Source: Octopus sinensis (lineage: Eukaryota). From it: a DNA stretch of 64,000 bases. Shown here in pieces: positions 12,827 to 26,899 of this stretch. Position 1 is the first letter of the stretch. Each line of letters starts with the position of its first letter. The notes beneath the pieces are model-generated. The model saw only the letters and a list, made by a program, of their open reading frames with translations, had not been told where the DNA came from and ran no database searches. The stretch spans positions 79,546,001 to 79,610,000 of the forward strand of contig NC_043005.1 in the NCBI RefSeq assembly GCF_006345805.1, in the 5' to 3' direction. A program made the translations under genes and the position numbers.

Positions 12827-13415
12827 TGTGTGTGGGTGTTTATGAGTGTATAGTTATGAGGTACTTTAAAATTTTTTAGGAAGCTGTATTGCATGGAATT
12901 TTTGACACTTAATTTTCATGTAATAATTATTTAAATGAAAACAAAAATAATAATAGTAATAAAATGTACAAATACGTGTAATAAAAAATTTAACATCTTG
13001 AGAGGAAAAGAATTGCAAAAATATGATAATTTAAAAGAAAAAATCCTTATTTGAATAAACAATATATATGCGCGCATGCAGCTATGTATGCATATATATA
13101 TATATATATGTACACTCGTACATACATGTGTATACATATATGTTTATGAGCGTGTATGCATATATTTGTGTGTCTTTGTGTGTTGTGGTGACGGGTTGAG
13201 TAAAAAAGTGTGAAATGAGATAGTTAAAAAAAAGAAAGGTTGCGGAATTATTCAAGCGTAAAAATAGAAGTAATAAAAAAAAACAGTGATGAATAAATAT
13301 GAGGATATTATACAGGGATTCCCGTCCCTGTAACCCTCAAAATACTAGGTTGGTGTCAGGTGTAATGTAAACTAGCTCGATGAGGGTAGAGGAATTTTTT
13401 TCAGTCTCTCTAGAC

Positions 13416-14064
13416 CGGTGTTTCTCAACCTTCTTTACGTATGGACCACTTTCATTCCGTTTTAACTCAAAGGGACCCATCCTGTCAACCGATATTTTCA
13501 AAATCGTATTATATTTTTATAATGAAATATTATTAGGAATTGTATAAAATTAAAGAACATTGTGTATTATAAATGTATAACTAGTATATCTTTATATATA
13601 AAAGTGAGGTTGTGTGCTGTCTGCCTCCTACGATTTAGATTCCTAACTACTCCCACATTTTGCGGTGCAGTTTAACTAAAACCGGGTATCTTATAGTCGT
13701 GATTCATATCGAGCCCTTCTGGGTATTAGCGCGCGCCTACGATGAGTCTACGATTAAAAAAAAACCCATCAATTTTTCCCATTTTTAATGCATTTTTGGC
13801 ATATATAAGGGAAGTAACTCTCTAAAAATTTATTATTAAATCTCAGAAAGTAAAAAGCTACAGTAACCCTCCTTTGTTGTTAGCCATATTGAGATGGCTA
13901 TTATACTTTACATCTCTAAAAATGCTTATATAGTTATTTCCCTTACAAACCCGAGCAACGCCGGGCGATACTGCTAGTTGCATATAAATTTTAACAAAAG
14001 TTTATAAGGATTCCCGGGGCCGTATGGACCCCAAAAGATTTTGAACCTCGGTTGAGTCGCAATG
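13416..14064. mobile_element. hAT (Charlie-like) MITE interrupted by the Helitron
   Basis: Imperfect TIRs cggtgtttctcaacc and ggttgagtcgcaatg. The 8-bp TSD ctctagac/ccctagac matches the NTCTAGAN Charlie target preference. Confidence 0.65.
13589..13977 (+). mobile_element. Non-autonomous Helitron
   Basis: Starts a|TCTTTATATATAAAAG and ends with the hairpin cccgagcaacgccggg followed by CTAG|t. It is inserted between A and T with no TSD. Confidence 0.8.
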
Positions 14065-14667
14065 CCCTAGACACACATCTAAGAGTAAGGAAGCTTGAAA
14101 TAAAGCTGCCTTTAACTTTTATTTAATTTCTTCTCTTTACTCCCTGACTTTATCTCCTTTATGCTTAATTTCTGCACGGGTGAATAGTGGAGATCAGTGA
14201 ACGATAAGTAAAAAGCATAAATTAGAGTGGACCGGGCGTCACAGATTCTAGTTGGTAGAAACCTTAAAATACAACTTATTTATCGGAGAACTGTCAAAGA
14301 TTGAACGCTAACATCGTGAATGAGGCTGGAGGTTTACGTATGAAAAAGCCGACACAGGCTAATGACCCCATTTCCGGTCACAGAATTGAAACTACGTCTG
14401 TAACACAGAAAGAATTTGACCTCGAAACTGTTGAAATAAAGGACTATATATTACATATAATACCAGCACAGCACACTTACATATTGAACTCGACGTTTCC
14501 CGGTTTCCCGGCAACATTGCATATAATTTAGTCTGATTTACTGGTCAGCAATAGACAATTGCAAGAGCTGACCTACGGTAGCTATACGACGGATAAAATA
14601 AATATTGAATGTTCCAGGGGAAACTCCATATTCTGCAAGTAAGTGTTCTACTTTTGTCTTAAAGAAG

Positions 14668-14730
<63 letters not shown>

Positions 14731-14828
14731 AGTGTGTGTGTGTGTGTGTGTGCAGTGTAAGAGTGAAAACGAGAGAGAATGTGAAAGAGAGAGAGAGAGA
14801 TGCACATATCATATATGTTATATATATT

Positions 14829-14899
<71 letters not shown>

Positions 14900-16251
14900 T
14901 CATATATATATATATTATTCAGACATATATATGTATATATAAAATACATATATGATATATATACACATACATATATATATATCTATATCTATCTATATCT
15001 ACCTATATATATATATATATATATATACGCGGAGCGAGAGACACTGACAGAGATGTGTATGTGTGTGTGGATGTTTGTGTGCTAAGAAACAACTTTTGCA
15101 GAAACATAATACACTTCTAATCTTCAACAAGGCAAGCGCCGTCTTTTATTGATATTGTGTAAATTCTTTCTAAATAAAGTGTGTTACATTTCTATTTTCT
15201 ATAGGACCGAGCGCAGGCCTTTTTGCCTTTCACTCACCATTAACACTTGTATTCTATTATTTCGTGACGAAGAAGAATTTTATTTGAACACAATAGAATA
15301 CAATACAATACCATAACTGCTGCAAGCAGTTCTTTCTTTTACTTTTATTTCAAATTCCATTTTTATTATTTGGCCTTCTTTTCTGTTTTCATTTGGCTTT
15401 CTAATAAAGTATTCATCATGATATATTTGTTGTAATGTGTGCAAGCATCATTTACACATACACGTACAAAGCCGTGCAGGCTCAGACACACATGCACACA
15501 CACACGCACACTCACATACACACACGCACTCACCCTCACACATTATATATATATAAATATATATATATACGGCAGATAAGAAAACGGAGAGGATATAATA
15601 TCGACAGATCCTCTCCGTTTTCTTCTGTCGTATAAAACCATGGGCAGATAATTTTTTTTTACCCCCGCCCATATATAATGCTCAATTCCGAGTTTGCCAT
15701 GCGATAACTAGCACTTGACTATGAATAATCGGTTACACTACCACCACTATATTGGATAGGTAATCCTTTTTTGGTTTCTCAACCTCTAATTCACACAGAA
15801 ATCTATATACCTACCTATCATTATATATATATATATATATAAACAGATAGTACAAAGTAAGATAGGGGTTATGAGGGTAACCCACTATGGGATATCAATT
15901 ATCCATTATACTGCTGATAAGTAATAAATAATATTGTAATATATGTAAGTTGATGATCGAAATGAATTTGTTCCTCCATTTTCTTATTTGTATTATATAT
16001 AATAGATAAATATATGCATATATACATATACATTTGTACATACCTACATATATATGTATATATACATGCATATATGGGTGCAGGACATAAAAAAAACGTT
16101 GAACACAATGTGAAACGAAAGCATAAAAATAAAAACATAGAAAAGAACTTTTTTCGAACAAAGAAAAAAACAGAGAAACGAGACATGTAACATAAAGAAT
16201 ATTCCCCTTCTTCAGTTGTCCCTGATTCATCTACTCCACTTTTCGAAGGCA

Positions 16252-16343
<92 letters not shown>

Positions 16344-16741
16344 ATATAGCTAGTATTGAGGGATTATTCATAAGCTCTCTGCACACTGGGCTAACAATAC
16401 TGTTTAGATTAGTAAAGAACTGAAGATCTCCAAGTATTGTTATGGTAGGTTCTAAGGTTATCGTTTGTGACAATTCCATATTGAAAATCCGTGGCTGGGC
16501 TCCAGTAAAATTGGTTTTACATAAATGTGTGTGTGTGTGTGTGCGAGTGTGTACACGTGTCTATTTATGTGTGAATATATATATATGAAAGAATGGAGTT
16601 GAACGACAAGTTAACAAAATTCCTTTATTTTCGACATATGTTTCGAAGGCTGCATATTCCTGCATATTCTGATGTGAATTTGCTACCCAGGTATCGGTTA
16701 GCTTTCGAATTATCCTTAATAAGATAATTCATTCAACTACT

Positions 16742-16792
<51 letters not shown>

Positions 16793-17046
16793 TTAAAACA
16801 TTACTTTATATATACCGTAAATGGTCTTTTTACATACTGAACGCTGCTTGGTAAAATTATTAATTACTAATTAATTAATTTTCCCTTATTATTATTGACT
16901 ATATATATATATATATATTTAGCAATTAAGGACAACTTCTTAATAAGGAAGACTTAACAAGAAATTATCGGGTAGATAGCGTGAAAAACCTCATAAGAGA
17001 AAAAATTTCGAAAATAATTCTTTCTCATTGAACATATTAATTATAT

Positions 17047-17318
17047 ATAGAGGGCATTATTATACATACATGCCACACGCTAAGAGGACAAAATTAGTCA
17101 TTTCTACCAAAAATTTTACTAATCCAACCGATGCAATTTTTCAAAGTAAGACATTTAAAAAATGGACTTGTATCACCTGTGATATCACAGGTGAAGTCCA
17201 TTTTTAAATGTCTTACTTTGAAAAATTGCATTCGGTTGGATTAGTAAAATTTTTGGGTAGAAATGACTAATTTTGTCCCTCTTAGCGTGTGGCATGTATG
17301 TATAATAATGCCCTCTAT
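17047..17318. repeat. Near-perfect 270-bp palindrome (foldback)
   Basis: About 135-bp arms with a loopless centre cacctgtgat|atcacaggtg at 17183/17184 and only small indels. Confidence 0.92.
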
Positions 17319-17338
17319 GTATAACTAATATATATATA

Positions 17339-17404
<66 letters not shown>

Positions 17405-19040
17405 ATAGTACAAAGTAAGATAGGGGTTATGAGGGTACCCACTATGTGATATCAATTATCCAATATACTGCTGGTAAGCACCCAAATACTAAATACATAA
17501 ATGCTTATAATTGTAATGCAATTAATTCTTTTATTGTATTGGATGGGTGAAGGTAAAATATTTAACCGTAATTCCTCCATTTTCTTATTTGTGTGTATAT
17601 ATATATATATATAATATATTTAATTCGTAGTAAAATATATCTATGAAGACGGGGAGCATGAAAACTGATGGTCATATTGGTTGCAAATTTTGGCACAAGG
17701 CCAGTAATTTCATCGATCCCAATGCTCCGCTGGTGCTTATTTCCTCGACTACGAAAAGATAAATGGTAAAGTCGACCGCGACAGAATTCTAATTGAGAAC
17801 GTAAGGTCTGACGAAATGCCGCTAAGCATTTTGATCCGCCCCTTTTACTTATTTCAGTCATTTGACTGTGGCCATGCTGATGCACCGCCTAGTACTTATT
17901 CTATCTGTATCTTTCAATAACTTTCAATGAGGGGCTCGTTTACTTTGAGAAAGTAAAAGACATCTACGAAGACGGGGAGAAGATCTGGCTTGATCCATCC
18001 TTTGTTATGAATGATTGCTCATACATTTTCTGTCTCAATCTTTCTCATTGTTCCCTATACTTAAATGTAATTTCACACAGATTTACTCACTCAGGCTTCT
18101 GACATAAGCTTCTGATAAACACACAACGACCTGATACTTATGTCTCTATCTACGTAAGCCTTTACATTTTTATCTTCGTTTCTCTTTTACCTATCGAAAT
18201 ACGCTTACAGCTTTCCTCTTTTATCGGAAAGCAAGTTGAAACATCAAGCAACGAAAAACGTTGACATGTGAAACTCTGTATTCTACATAAAGATTATATA
18301 CGAAGAATACAACTTTCAGAATCAGCAAATAAAAGCACTTTACATATTATGGACGAACAAGTATACCATATATACAGCAAGATTAGTATCATAGTATATA
18401 AATGTCAGTAAAGAAATCAAAGAGATTAAAACGATTCCTATTTCTAAACTGGTGACGGAAATAGCTGCACGTCTATATGAAAGGACCTCTCAAGTCGTAT
18501 ACCACAGTATTCGAAGCTCTAATAATATGCACCTATGTTTATTAGCATATAAAGATTGTCTTTCAGTAATAATACTACTTCAGTTGCAAATATTTATTTT
18601 TCAATTAAAGGACATCTCAAATCTAATGCCACAGATTCGGCTCTAATAATACATCCAAGTTTAGAAGAATGTAAATGCTGTCTTTCGATATACGCATATG
18701 GTGTAGGCGCCACAACAATGTAGGATTTGAAGGATTGCTTTCGTCCGTGGTAGAAGGCTTGACACGTTCACAGGAGACGTGGGTTTAAATTCTACAGATA
18801 CTCTACGGCTTCTTCTATACAAAGAATTATTTAGCCTAACATTTACACGTCGTTATTAATAACTTTACCTGCTTCGAACATTCTTGTCCCCCCACCAATT
18901 TAAATTCAATTGTATTGATATATTACACACCCACATACATATGCTCACACCTAAATACATATATATACATACATACGTGTATACGTACATGCATTACCGA
19001 AGTTATTCTTGTTGTATTTTGAGTATATATTATATATATA

Positions 19041-19121
<81 letters not shown>

Positions 19122-19262
19122 GCGACGGAGGGTGTCAGAGAACCAACATTGCTACAAATTTGATCTAAAATGCCCTAATGCTGTAGGAAAAGCATATAAT
19201 TGTATATTTATTTATATGCGAAAAGGGACTGTAATCGGCCAAAAATACTGATCAAAAATTCC

Positions 19263-19344
19263 TTATACTGAACGTTCAGTTTCGGCTATTTCGGTGGCCT
19301 CTTCAATGAGAACCGTTCCCTCGGCTGATTCCGGGCGTAATTCT
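19263..19344 (-). CDS. Candidate terminal coding exon (..ELRPESAEGTVLIEEATEIAETERSV*)
   Basis: Acceptor tttctttttttacag, a GC-balanced open frame to TAA, and AATAAA at 19207-19212. No homology was recognised. Confidence 0.3.
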
Positions 19345-19682
19345 CTGTAAAAAAAAGAAAGGATTATTTAGCGAATCGCTAATGTGTATACAAAAATAAA
19401 CACGGTAATACATTGGCATGGCTGTTTATAGTAGTTTTTGTGTGTGCATACATACATACATACATGTGTATATATATAATGTATGTATGTATGTTTAGAC
19501 ACACACACACACAAACGCACAAGCACAGAAGCTTTTGGGAATATCACGAAGCACACACATAATGTTATAAGTATTAGGGTATGAATATTGGGTTGAAAAG
19601 TTTGAAAATTTATAAAATTCATTTCTATGACAGCAACAACATATATATATATATATATATATAAATATATATATATATCACG

Positions 19683-19983
19683 TGATCACGTGACCGACCA
19701 GACCATCAGATGTTGCTACACATCGCTGGTCACAATGCGTTCGCATTGTTTTAGCCTACGAATGACGCCACCCCGCTGGCTAAGCGAGCAGGCCAACAGA
19801 AGAAAGAGTGAGAGAAATAGTGGTGAAAGAGTACAGCAGGGATCGCCACCCCCTGTCGGAGCCTCGTGGAGGTTTTTAGAAGTTTTCGCTCAATAAACAC
19901 TCACAACGCCCTGTCTGGGAATCGAAACCGCGATCCTGCGACCGTGAGTCCGCTGCCCTGACCACTGGGCCATTGCGCCTCCA
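19683..19983 (-). mobile_element. tRNA-derived SINE with an RTE-like 3' tail
   Basis: A box TGGCCCAGTGG and B box GGTTTCGATTCCC. The tail tgtgaccagcg..ctggtcggtca..gtgat resembles the RTE tail at 44850-44903. Confidence 0.75.
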
Positions 19984-20169
19984 CACACACACACACACAC
20001 ACATACACACACACACACATATATATATATATACATACATACATACATACATACATACATACATACATACATACATACATACATACATGAATATATATAT
20101 ACACACACACACACATATATATATGTATATTTAATATATACATATGAATATAAAACTTACAGCGTACAC

Positions 20170-20918
20170 TGGTCCACGGGGTATTGGAATCTTGCAATCC
20201 CAAAGCCTAAATCAGTGAGGGCTTTGGGTGTTTACATGAATGATGATATCTCTTTCCAAGTGCACATTACCAGGATGGCAACAAAGTGCAGTGGACCTGA
20301 TGGACGGATCCTGAGAACATTCAGAACCAGAGAGAAGGAAGCCATGATGGTCCTCTGCAGGACATTTGTCCCCAGCTACCTGGATTACTGCTCCTAGCTA
20401 TGGTCACATAATAGTGTAAAATTAATAGCGAACCTTGAAGCAATCCAGCGAAGCTTCACATAGAAGATAGTTTCATTGCAACAGCTCAGCTACTGAGAAA
20501 GGCTGAAATATCTAAAACTTTACTCCCTGGAGCGAAGGCGGGTGAGGTATGCAGTAATATACATCTGGAAGATCCTGTTTGGCATTGAAAGCAACACCAA
20601 TGCCAGAACGCGTTGTCACTGCAGAGTGCCAAAGATCCCAGAAATTCCATCGTGCTTCAGGAAGAGTTACTACAACAGCTTGGGTTTCAGGCACCTACAG
20701 CGTTTTAATATTCTCCCCAAGAGCCTGAGAGACCTACACAAAGTGGATGTAGATGTTTTCAAATCAAACCTGAAACTATCTCGCGGCAAGAGATGCAAAT
20801 GAAGGTAGCAACATCAAAATCCCTTATTCACCAAATGCCACCTATTGGAGGAGGCTCTCAATACTAACAGTGTAGCAAAATGTCAATGCCCCAGCATGGT
20901 CACAAATTTGGACTTAAA
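20170..20918 (+). mobile_element. CR1-clade LINE 3' fragment
   Basis: ILRTFRTREKEAMMVL..LDYCS, RYAVIYIWKIL and FNILPKSLRDLH remnants, with a gccccagcatggtcac tail. Confidence 0.8.
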
Positions 20919-20943
20919 AAAAGAATATATATATACTAAAAAA

Positions 20944-20985
<42 letters not shown>

Positions 20986-21061
20986 ATGTATGTATATCTG
21001 AAAAGCCCTTCAAGATAGAACAACTTGTAGTTTATAAAATTCATTCGTATGACATTAGCAA

Positions 21062-21103
<42 letters not shown>

Positions 21104-21459
21104 TATACATATTAATATAATATATATATATATATATATATACATGTATATATATATTATACATCTTTATATAAAGGCGGAACAAACGTTATATACACCT
21201 GTCACCCATACAGTGAACGCGCAGACATGCACGGAGACGCCTGTATGGAGACGAATCATTCTTCTGCTGTATAAAACTTTCTCATATCGATTGTATTGGT
21301 AACAAGGGATTATTTCTTTATAAGAATGCATGTGAAATTTGTTGTATGACTGATATTTTGAATTCAATTCAATATGTTTTATTTCCTTTTATTGTCATAT
21401 TACAAGAATTTCAAGAACGAACATTGTTATAAAGGAAGTAGAGGTGAATAGTGTTTATA

Positions 21460-21511
21460 ATAATAATAACAACAACAATAACTACAACACAACAACAACA
21501 ACAACAACAAC

Positions 21512-21548
<37 letters not shown>

Positions 21549-21550
21549 TA

Positions 21551-21587
<37 letters not shown>

Positions 21588-21699
21588 TAATAATAATAAT
21601 GCGAAGGAAGAGGGGAAGGGGGAGGACGAAGAGACGAAGAGACGAAGAAGAAGAGGAAAAAGGAAGGAAGAGGAGGAGGATAATGATGACGACGACGAT

Positions 21700-21730
<31 letters not shown>

Positions 21731-21915
21731 CAGGAGAGGAGAAGCAGAAGAGGAAGGAGGGGGACGATGACGACGACAACGAAGAGACGAAAGAGAGGAA
21801 TGACTACGACGACGACGACGGTGAAAAGACGAAGAAGAAGAAGAAGAAGAAGAAGAAGAAGAAGAAGAAGAAGAGAAGAAGAAGAAGAAGAGAAGAAGAT
21901 CAGCAACAACAACAT
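21460..21915. repeat. Compound trinucleotide microsatellite (AAC/AAT/GAA/GAC)
   Basis: Seen directly. It produces the artefactual poly-R/K/T and poly-S/L ORFs. Confidence 0.9.
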
Positions 21916-22503
21916 GAAAAATTATCTCTCTTTTTTTTCTGTTAACAACAAGGTTTCTAAGTAAAAAATTCTGAAGGAAAACTAAGCTGGAATGCGTGCA
22001 AAAAAGATGTTTGGTTATAAAATAACGAGAAATAGGCTGAGGGATGTTACAAAACAATTATTTACATGGATTATATTTTAAAAAAAACACACACAGGGTT
22101 AAAAAGAACAATTAAATTATAATTATGATAATATTTCGGTTTAAAATTTTGGCACAAGAGAGAAGTGGCGTAGGTAGTTTACATCGGTTCCTGCGTTCAA
22201 CTGGCGCTTGTTTTATTGACCAAGAATGGAGGAAAAGCAAAGTTGACTGTGGCGGAATTTGAACTCGGAACGTAAAGACTGACGAAATACTTCTACGCAC
22301 CTTACCCGGCGTGCTAACGACTCTGCCAGCTCGCCGCCTTAGAACAAATAATATCTGTTATCTATTATTTTTTTCCTTGTTTCACTCATTTGACTGCGGC
22401 CATGCTGGGCCACCGCATTAAAGAATTTTTAGTAGAAGGAATAAATATATTTTTTATCAAGTGGTACTTATTTTATAGGTCCTTTTTGTCAAGCAGTGGT
22501 GTA

Positions 22504-22544
<41 letters not shown>

Positions 22545-22559
22545 CAGACACACTGGTAT

Positions 22560-22712
22560 TATGATTTTATGATTCAGTGCGACCATGAGTTAGGAAACCA
22601 GATATAGTGTTAATTTAGCAAGAAAGCAAACAATGCTTTCGCATAGATATAGCATACCCAGATGACAACAAGTTATGCAATAAGAAAGAAAGAAAAGTCG
22701 ATAGATATGTTA
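22560..22712 (+). mobile_element. Small Dong/R4 RLE-domain fragment
   Basis: MIQCDHEL(R)KPDIVL..IDIAYPDDNK-like remnant that matches 56450-56560 in the opposite orientation. Confidence 0.55.
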
Positions 22713-22714
22713 TC

Positions 22715-23176
22715 ACATACATTGTTTTGTCTTGGTATAAAAGATGGGCTACAGCAAATATTGCTTGTCAGTTGTTTGACCTTAAGGAGTTGAGCATGCT
22801 CCTTAATGGTTGACGATATGTGTATCTCTGATCACGAGCAGAAGTAGTGGGTTAGCATCATAGCCATGTGTTGAGAGGGATTCTTTGTATAATTCACCTT
22901 TGAAAACATGGGTGTTTCGTTCAACATCCTTAAACAACCCTTATTAAGGGACCTTTTGAGTGGGATGGGTTACTCGACCAGAAGAAAATTCTAACTGGGT
23001 CCCACCTGCAAGGTCATGTGCTGTTTATCTCGATATGAGATCACCATGTCGTGCACAAATGGTTGTGATGCATGTGCTGGTGTACCCTTATAAGACGGGT
23101 AGTCATGATGGATATACTGGGCTTCGTGTATTTTACCCCAGTGTCACTTTGATGGCATGCACTGCTCTCTCACTCA
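22715..23176 (+). repeat. Probable dispersed retroelement 3' end with a (TAA)n tail
   Basis: GC-balanced 460-bp block that ends abruptly in about 130 bp of (TAA)n. The family was not identified. Confidence 0.35.
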
Positions 23177-23193
23177 ATAATAATAATAATAAT

Positions 23194-23257
<64 letters not shown>

Positions 23258-23277
23258 TTAATAATAATAATAATAAT

Positions 23278-23310
<33 letters not shown>

Positions 23311-23919
23311 CCTTTCTACCATAGGTACAGGGCCTGAAATTTGAGGGTAGGGGGGAGGGCTAGTCGATTATATCGACTTCAGCGCTTAACTGGTACTTAT
23401 TTCTTCGACCCCGAAAGGATGGAATTTGATCTCAGTACGATGAGATGAATGAAATGCTGGTAAGCATTTTGTCCGGCATGATATCAGTTCTGCCAGCTCG
23501 CTTCAGATCTTGGCGCAGGGCCAACAATTTTAAGAAGAGGGGATTACGGGATTCCATTCGCTTCAGAATTTGAAAGATATTTGATGGTTGGAGTCCGAAA
23601 GAATGAGAGGCATTTTTGCGACGTTGTAACGAAAGAACGTACGTTTGTATAAACGTACTCTGTGAATTATTAGAATGCAATTACAATTCCGTAACGCAAA
23701 ATATTTTTTCATTTATATCTATGTTACATGGAAATAAATGAAAACGAAATTTAAAGAGAATAAACTCTACGGTACGGAACTGCACGCTAAAGCTACATTT
23801 TATTTTCTTGGATGCAACACAACTGTAACAACATCAGTGATCACAATACACACAATCAAAAACACACACACACATACACACACACTCACACACACACGCA
23901 TATATATATATACATATAT

Positions 23920-24086
23920 ACGTCGGGCTTCTTTCAGTTTCCGTCTACCAAATCCACTCACAAGGTTTTGGTCGGCCCGATGCTATAATAGAAGACACTT
24001 GCCCAAGGTGCCACGCAGTGGGACTGAACCCGGAACCATGTGGTTGGTAAAGAAGCTACTTACCACGCAGCCACTCCTGCGCCTAT
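23920..24086 (-). mobile_element. SINE part B
   Basis: Close to the B consensus, with B box ggttcagtccc. Another copy lies at 37570-37712(+). Confidence 0.75.
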
Positions 24087-24322
24087 ACATATATATATAT
24101 ATATATCGATATATATATGTATGCATGTATGTATCTATGTATCTGTCTTGTTATCTCTGTATATATGAGTGAGTTTATACTATACTTAAAAACAAGTATA
24201 TACTCATGAATAAACAGAATCCTATGTATAGATATGTAAATGTATGTGTGTGTGTATTTACGATTATATTTACAGATTCATGTATACATATCTATCTACC
24301 TATCTAGTATATACATATATAT

Positions 24323-24380
<58 letters not shown>

Positions 24381-24387
24381 GTAATAT

Positions 24388-24443
<56 letters not shown>

Positions 24444-24485
24444 GTAGGTAGATAGGTAGGTAGGTAGGTAGGTAGATAGATGTCG

Positions 24486-24517
<32 letters not shown>

Positions 24518-25349
24518 TATATATATATACACATTATAACAATAAATATATAACAATAAAAGATATATAAATTATTATGCGTGTGTGTGTATGCGCTTCT
24601 ATATACATACATACACACGTACATACGTACATGTATAATACATGTTTCTGTACATCAATACGAGTGCAACTATGAGTGGTACACATTCCTTTTCACCCCA
24701 TTTTACTAACATAATACGACAAAGCATAATACAGCAACGTTTGTCACAGCGCTCCTCCATTATATTCTCTTTACGTCTCTCTCGCTCTCAGGGTGTAACT
24801 TATAATGCACCATTCTTTCTGATATGTTGGTGAATCGTAATTCTTTTTGTCTTGGCTAGTGGGTGGCCATTTCACAAATCATATTATTTCTCCTATTTCT
24901 CCTTCCCTTTCTTCTTCTTTTCTTGTGTGTGTGTATAATGTACCAGTATACTTATATCTGTGTGTGTCTGTGATTTTTTTTTTTAATAATATTGTACTGA
25001 AATCTGTTCCACGTTGAATTCCCGTGAAATATGTATCACGTTTTGTTTGTATACAAATGGTATTGTTCTAGCTGTTTTAAACTTATCAAGTAATACATAT
25101 GTTTCAGTTTTGTAAGCCCATTGTGGCGAACTTATTTTATATGTTTCTTGTACAATGCTAAGTATTTTCGAAGCATTGTAGCAATTTGCAGCTGCTACAA
25201 TTACTCTTTCACTTCTTTCTTTCTTTGTTTCTTTCCTTCTTTCTTTGTTTCTTCGTTTGTTTGTTTGTTTCTTTCTTTCATTGTTTTGTTTACGTATCGT
25301 ATACATGCGAAAAATAAATACGTAGAATTTTGTACTTGTTCATTTATTC

Positions 25350-25579
25350 TTTTTACTTGTTTCAATCATTTGACTGCGGTCATGCTGGAGAACCGCCCAA
25401 TTAGCCAAGCAAATCGACCCCAGGACTTACTCTTTGTAAGCCTAGTATATATTCTATCGGTTTCTTTTTGCCGAACCGCTAAGTTAGGGGACGGAAGCAC
25501 ACCAACATGGGTTGTCAAGTGGGTGTGGGGACAACCACAGACACACAAGCATGCACAAACACGCACACATACACACACA

Positions 25580-25610
<31 letters not shown>

Positions 25611-25623
25611 CACACACACACAC

Positions 25624-25660
<37 letters not shown>

Positions 25661-25826
25661 TCGATGGTCTTCTTTCAGTTTCCATGTACCAAATCCACCC
25701 ACAAGGCTTTAATCGACCCGAGGCTATAGTAGAAGATACTTGCCCAAGGTGTTGCGCAATGGGACTGAACCCAGAACCATGTGGTTGGTAAGCAAGCAAC
25801 TTACTACACAGCCACTCCTGCGCCTA
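25350..25826 (-). mobile_element. Composite SINE: tRNA head and body (B), internal (TA)/(TG)n, CR1-like tail (C)
   Basis: B part 25662-25826 (gcaggagtggctgtgtagtaag..aaagaagaccatcg), SSR 25546-25661, C part 25350-25545 ending ccagcatgaccgcagtcaaatgattgaaac. Confidence 0.75.
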
Positions 25827-25964
25827 TACTTATTCACATATTAAACATAGATGATTGTCTCCACTAAGTAAAAACATTCCCAGGAAACTGAATTATAATA
25901 CTTTAAAGAAATAAGGCAAAAGCCTAAAATATGTCTTGTGCTGGAGGTGGGGGTGTTTGTTGGA

Positions 25965-26500
25965 GGTAAAATTGTCACTATCCATAGGATTTTCCATTCA
26001 ACAGCGACAGAACGATCCAGGGTAATCGATCACTGACAATTATTAAAAAACAGAGAATAAAATACTTGCAGATTAATAGATATAAGTGTTCTCACTGATA
26101 AAAATATATTTGTAAAGGAATTTGACAAATTAAGAAAATATAAGGAATTGGAAATTGAAATACAAAATATGTGGAATTTTAAAACGAGAAATCTTCTTTT
26201 TGTAGGTACTCTGGGTACGACAAAAAAGAGATGTCAGAAACATCCGGATAAGATCTCAGGAGAACCATGTCTCAGAGAAAGCCAAACGTTTATGCTGACA
26301 AGTACTGCCCAGATCCTTAGGAAAACCGTTTCCGCTTAAATGTCTGTGTTGTATTACATGAAGATATTTCACTACTTACCCTGGCACTTCTCCTCCCCAA
26401 GTTTCAGTCATGCTGTAACGTATCTTATCACTCGCCATAGGACACTGGGTGTGTCTCAGCGATTGATTGTAACAAACAACCAGATTAAAAGTAAACAATC
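25965..26500 (+). mobile_element. Dong/R4 3' fragment
   Basis: LIDISVLTDKNIFVKEFDKLRKYKELEIEIQNMW..VGTLG..LTSTAQILRK remnant, ending at a (GAT)n tract. Confidence 0.72.
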
Positions 26501-26899
26501 ATGATGATGATGATGATGACTGAAAATTTTGACAAAAGGTCAGAAATTTGGGGGTAGAGAATAAGTCGATCGCCTCCTCCCAAGTGCTCAAATTATTTTA
26601 TCGATCAAAGGCAAAGTTGACCACGGTGGCATTTGAACTCAGAACACATGGACGGGCGAAATGCCGCAAAGCATTTTGCCCAGCGTTCCAACGATTCTGC
26701 CAGCTCGCTGCCTCCGGCTCCTAAAGAATTATTAGGAGGGTCTTAAGCACTTGAAAGACGGCTGAAAATATGTGGCTACCTAAAGTTACAGGTAGTAACC
26801 CGTTACCCACATAGAACCTACCAGGAATAAGACCGAACATCAGCCAAACCCTAATATAAATGGATCTTTGAGTGCTTAGATTTCTTTGGAATTGCGAGG

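Noticed and set aside
19905-19983. tRNA gene
   Set aside because: A and B boxes are present, but there is no complete cloverleaf and the sequence continues into a SINE body and tail.
21411-22057. Poly-R/K/T/S/L ORFs resembling protamine or signal-peptide proteins
   Set aside because: They come entirely from compound trinucleotide repeats.
24983-25306. Open frame RVIVAAANCYNASKIL..
   Set aside because: There is no usable acceptor or convincing start, and no recognisable homology.
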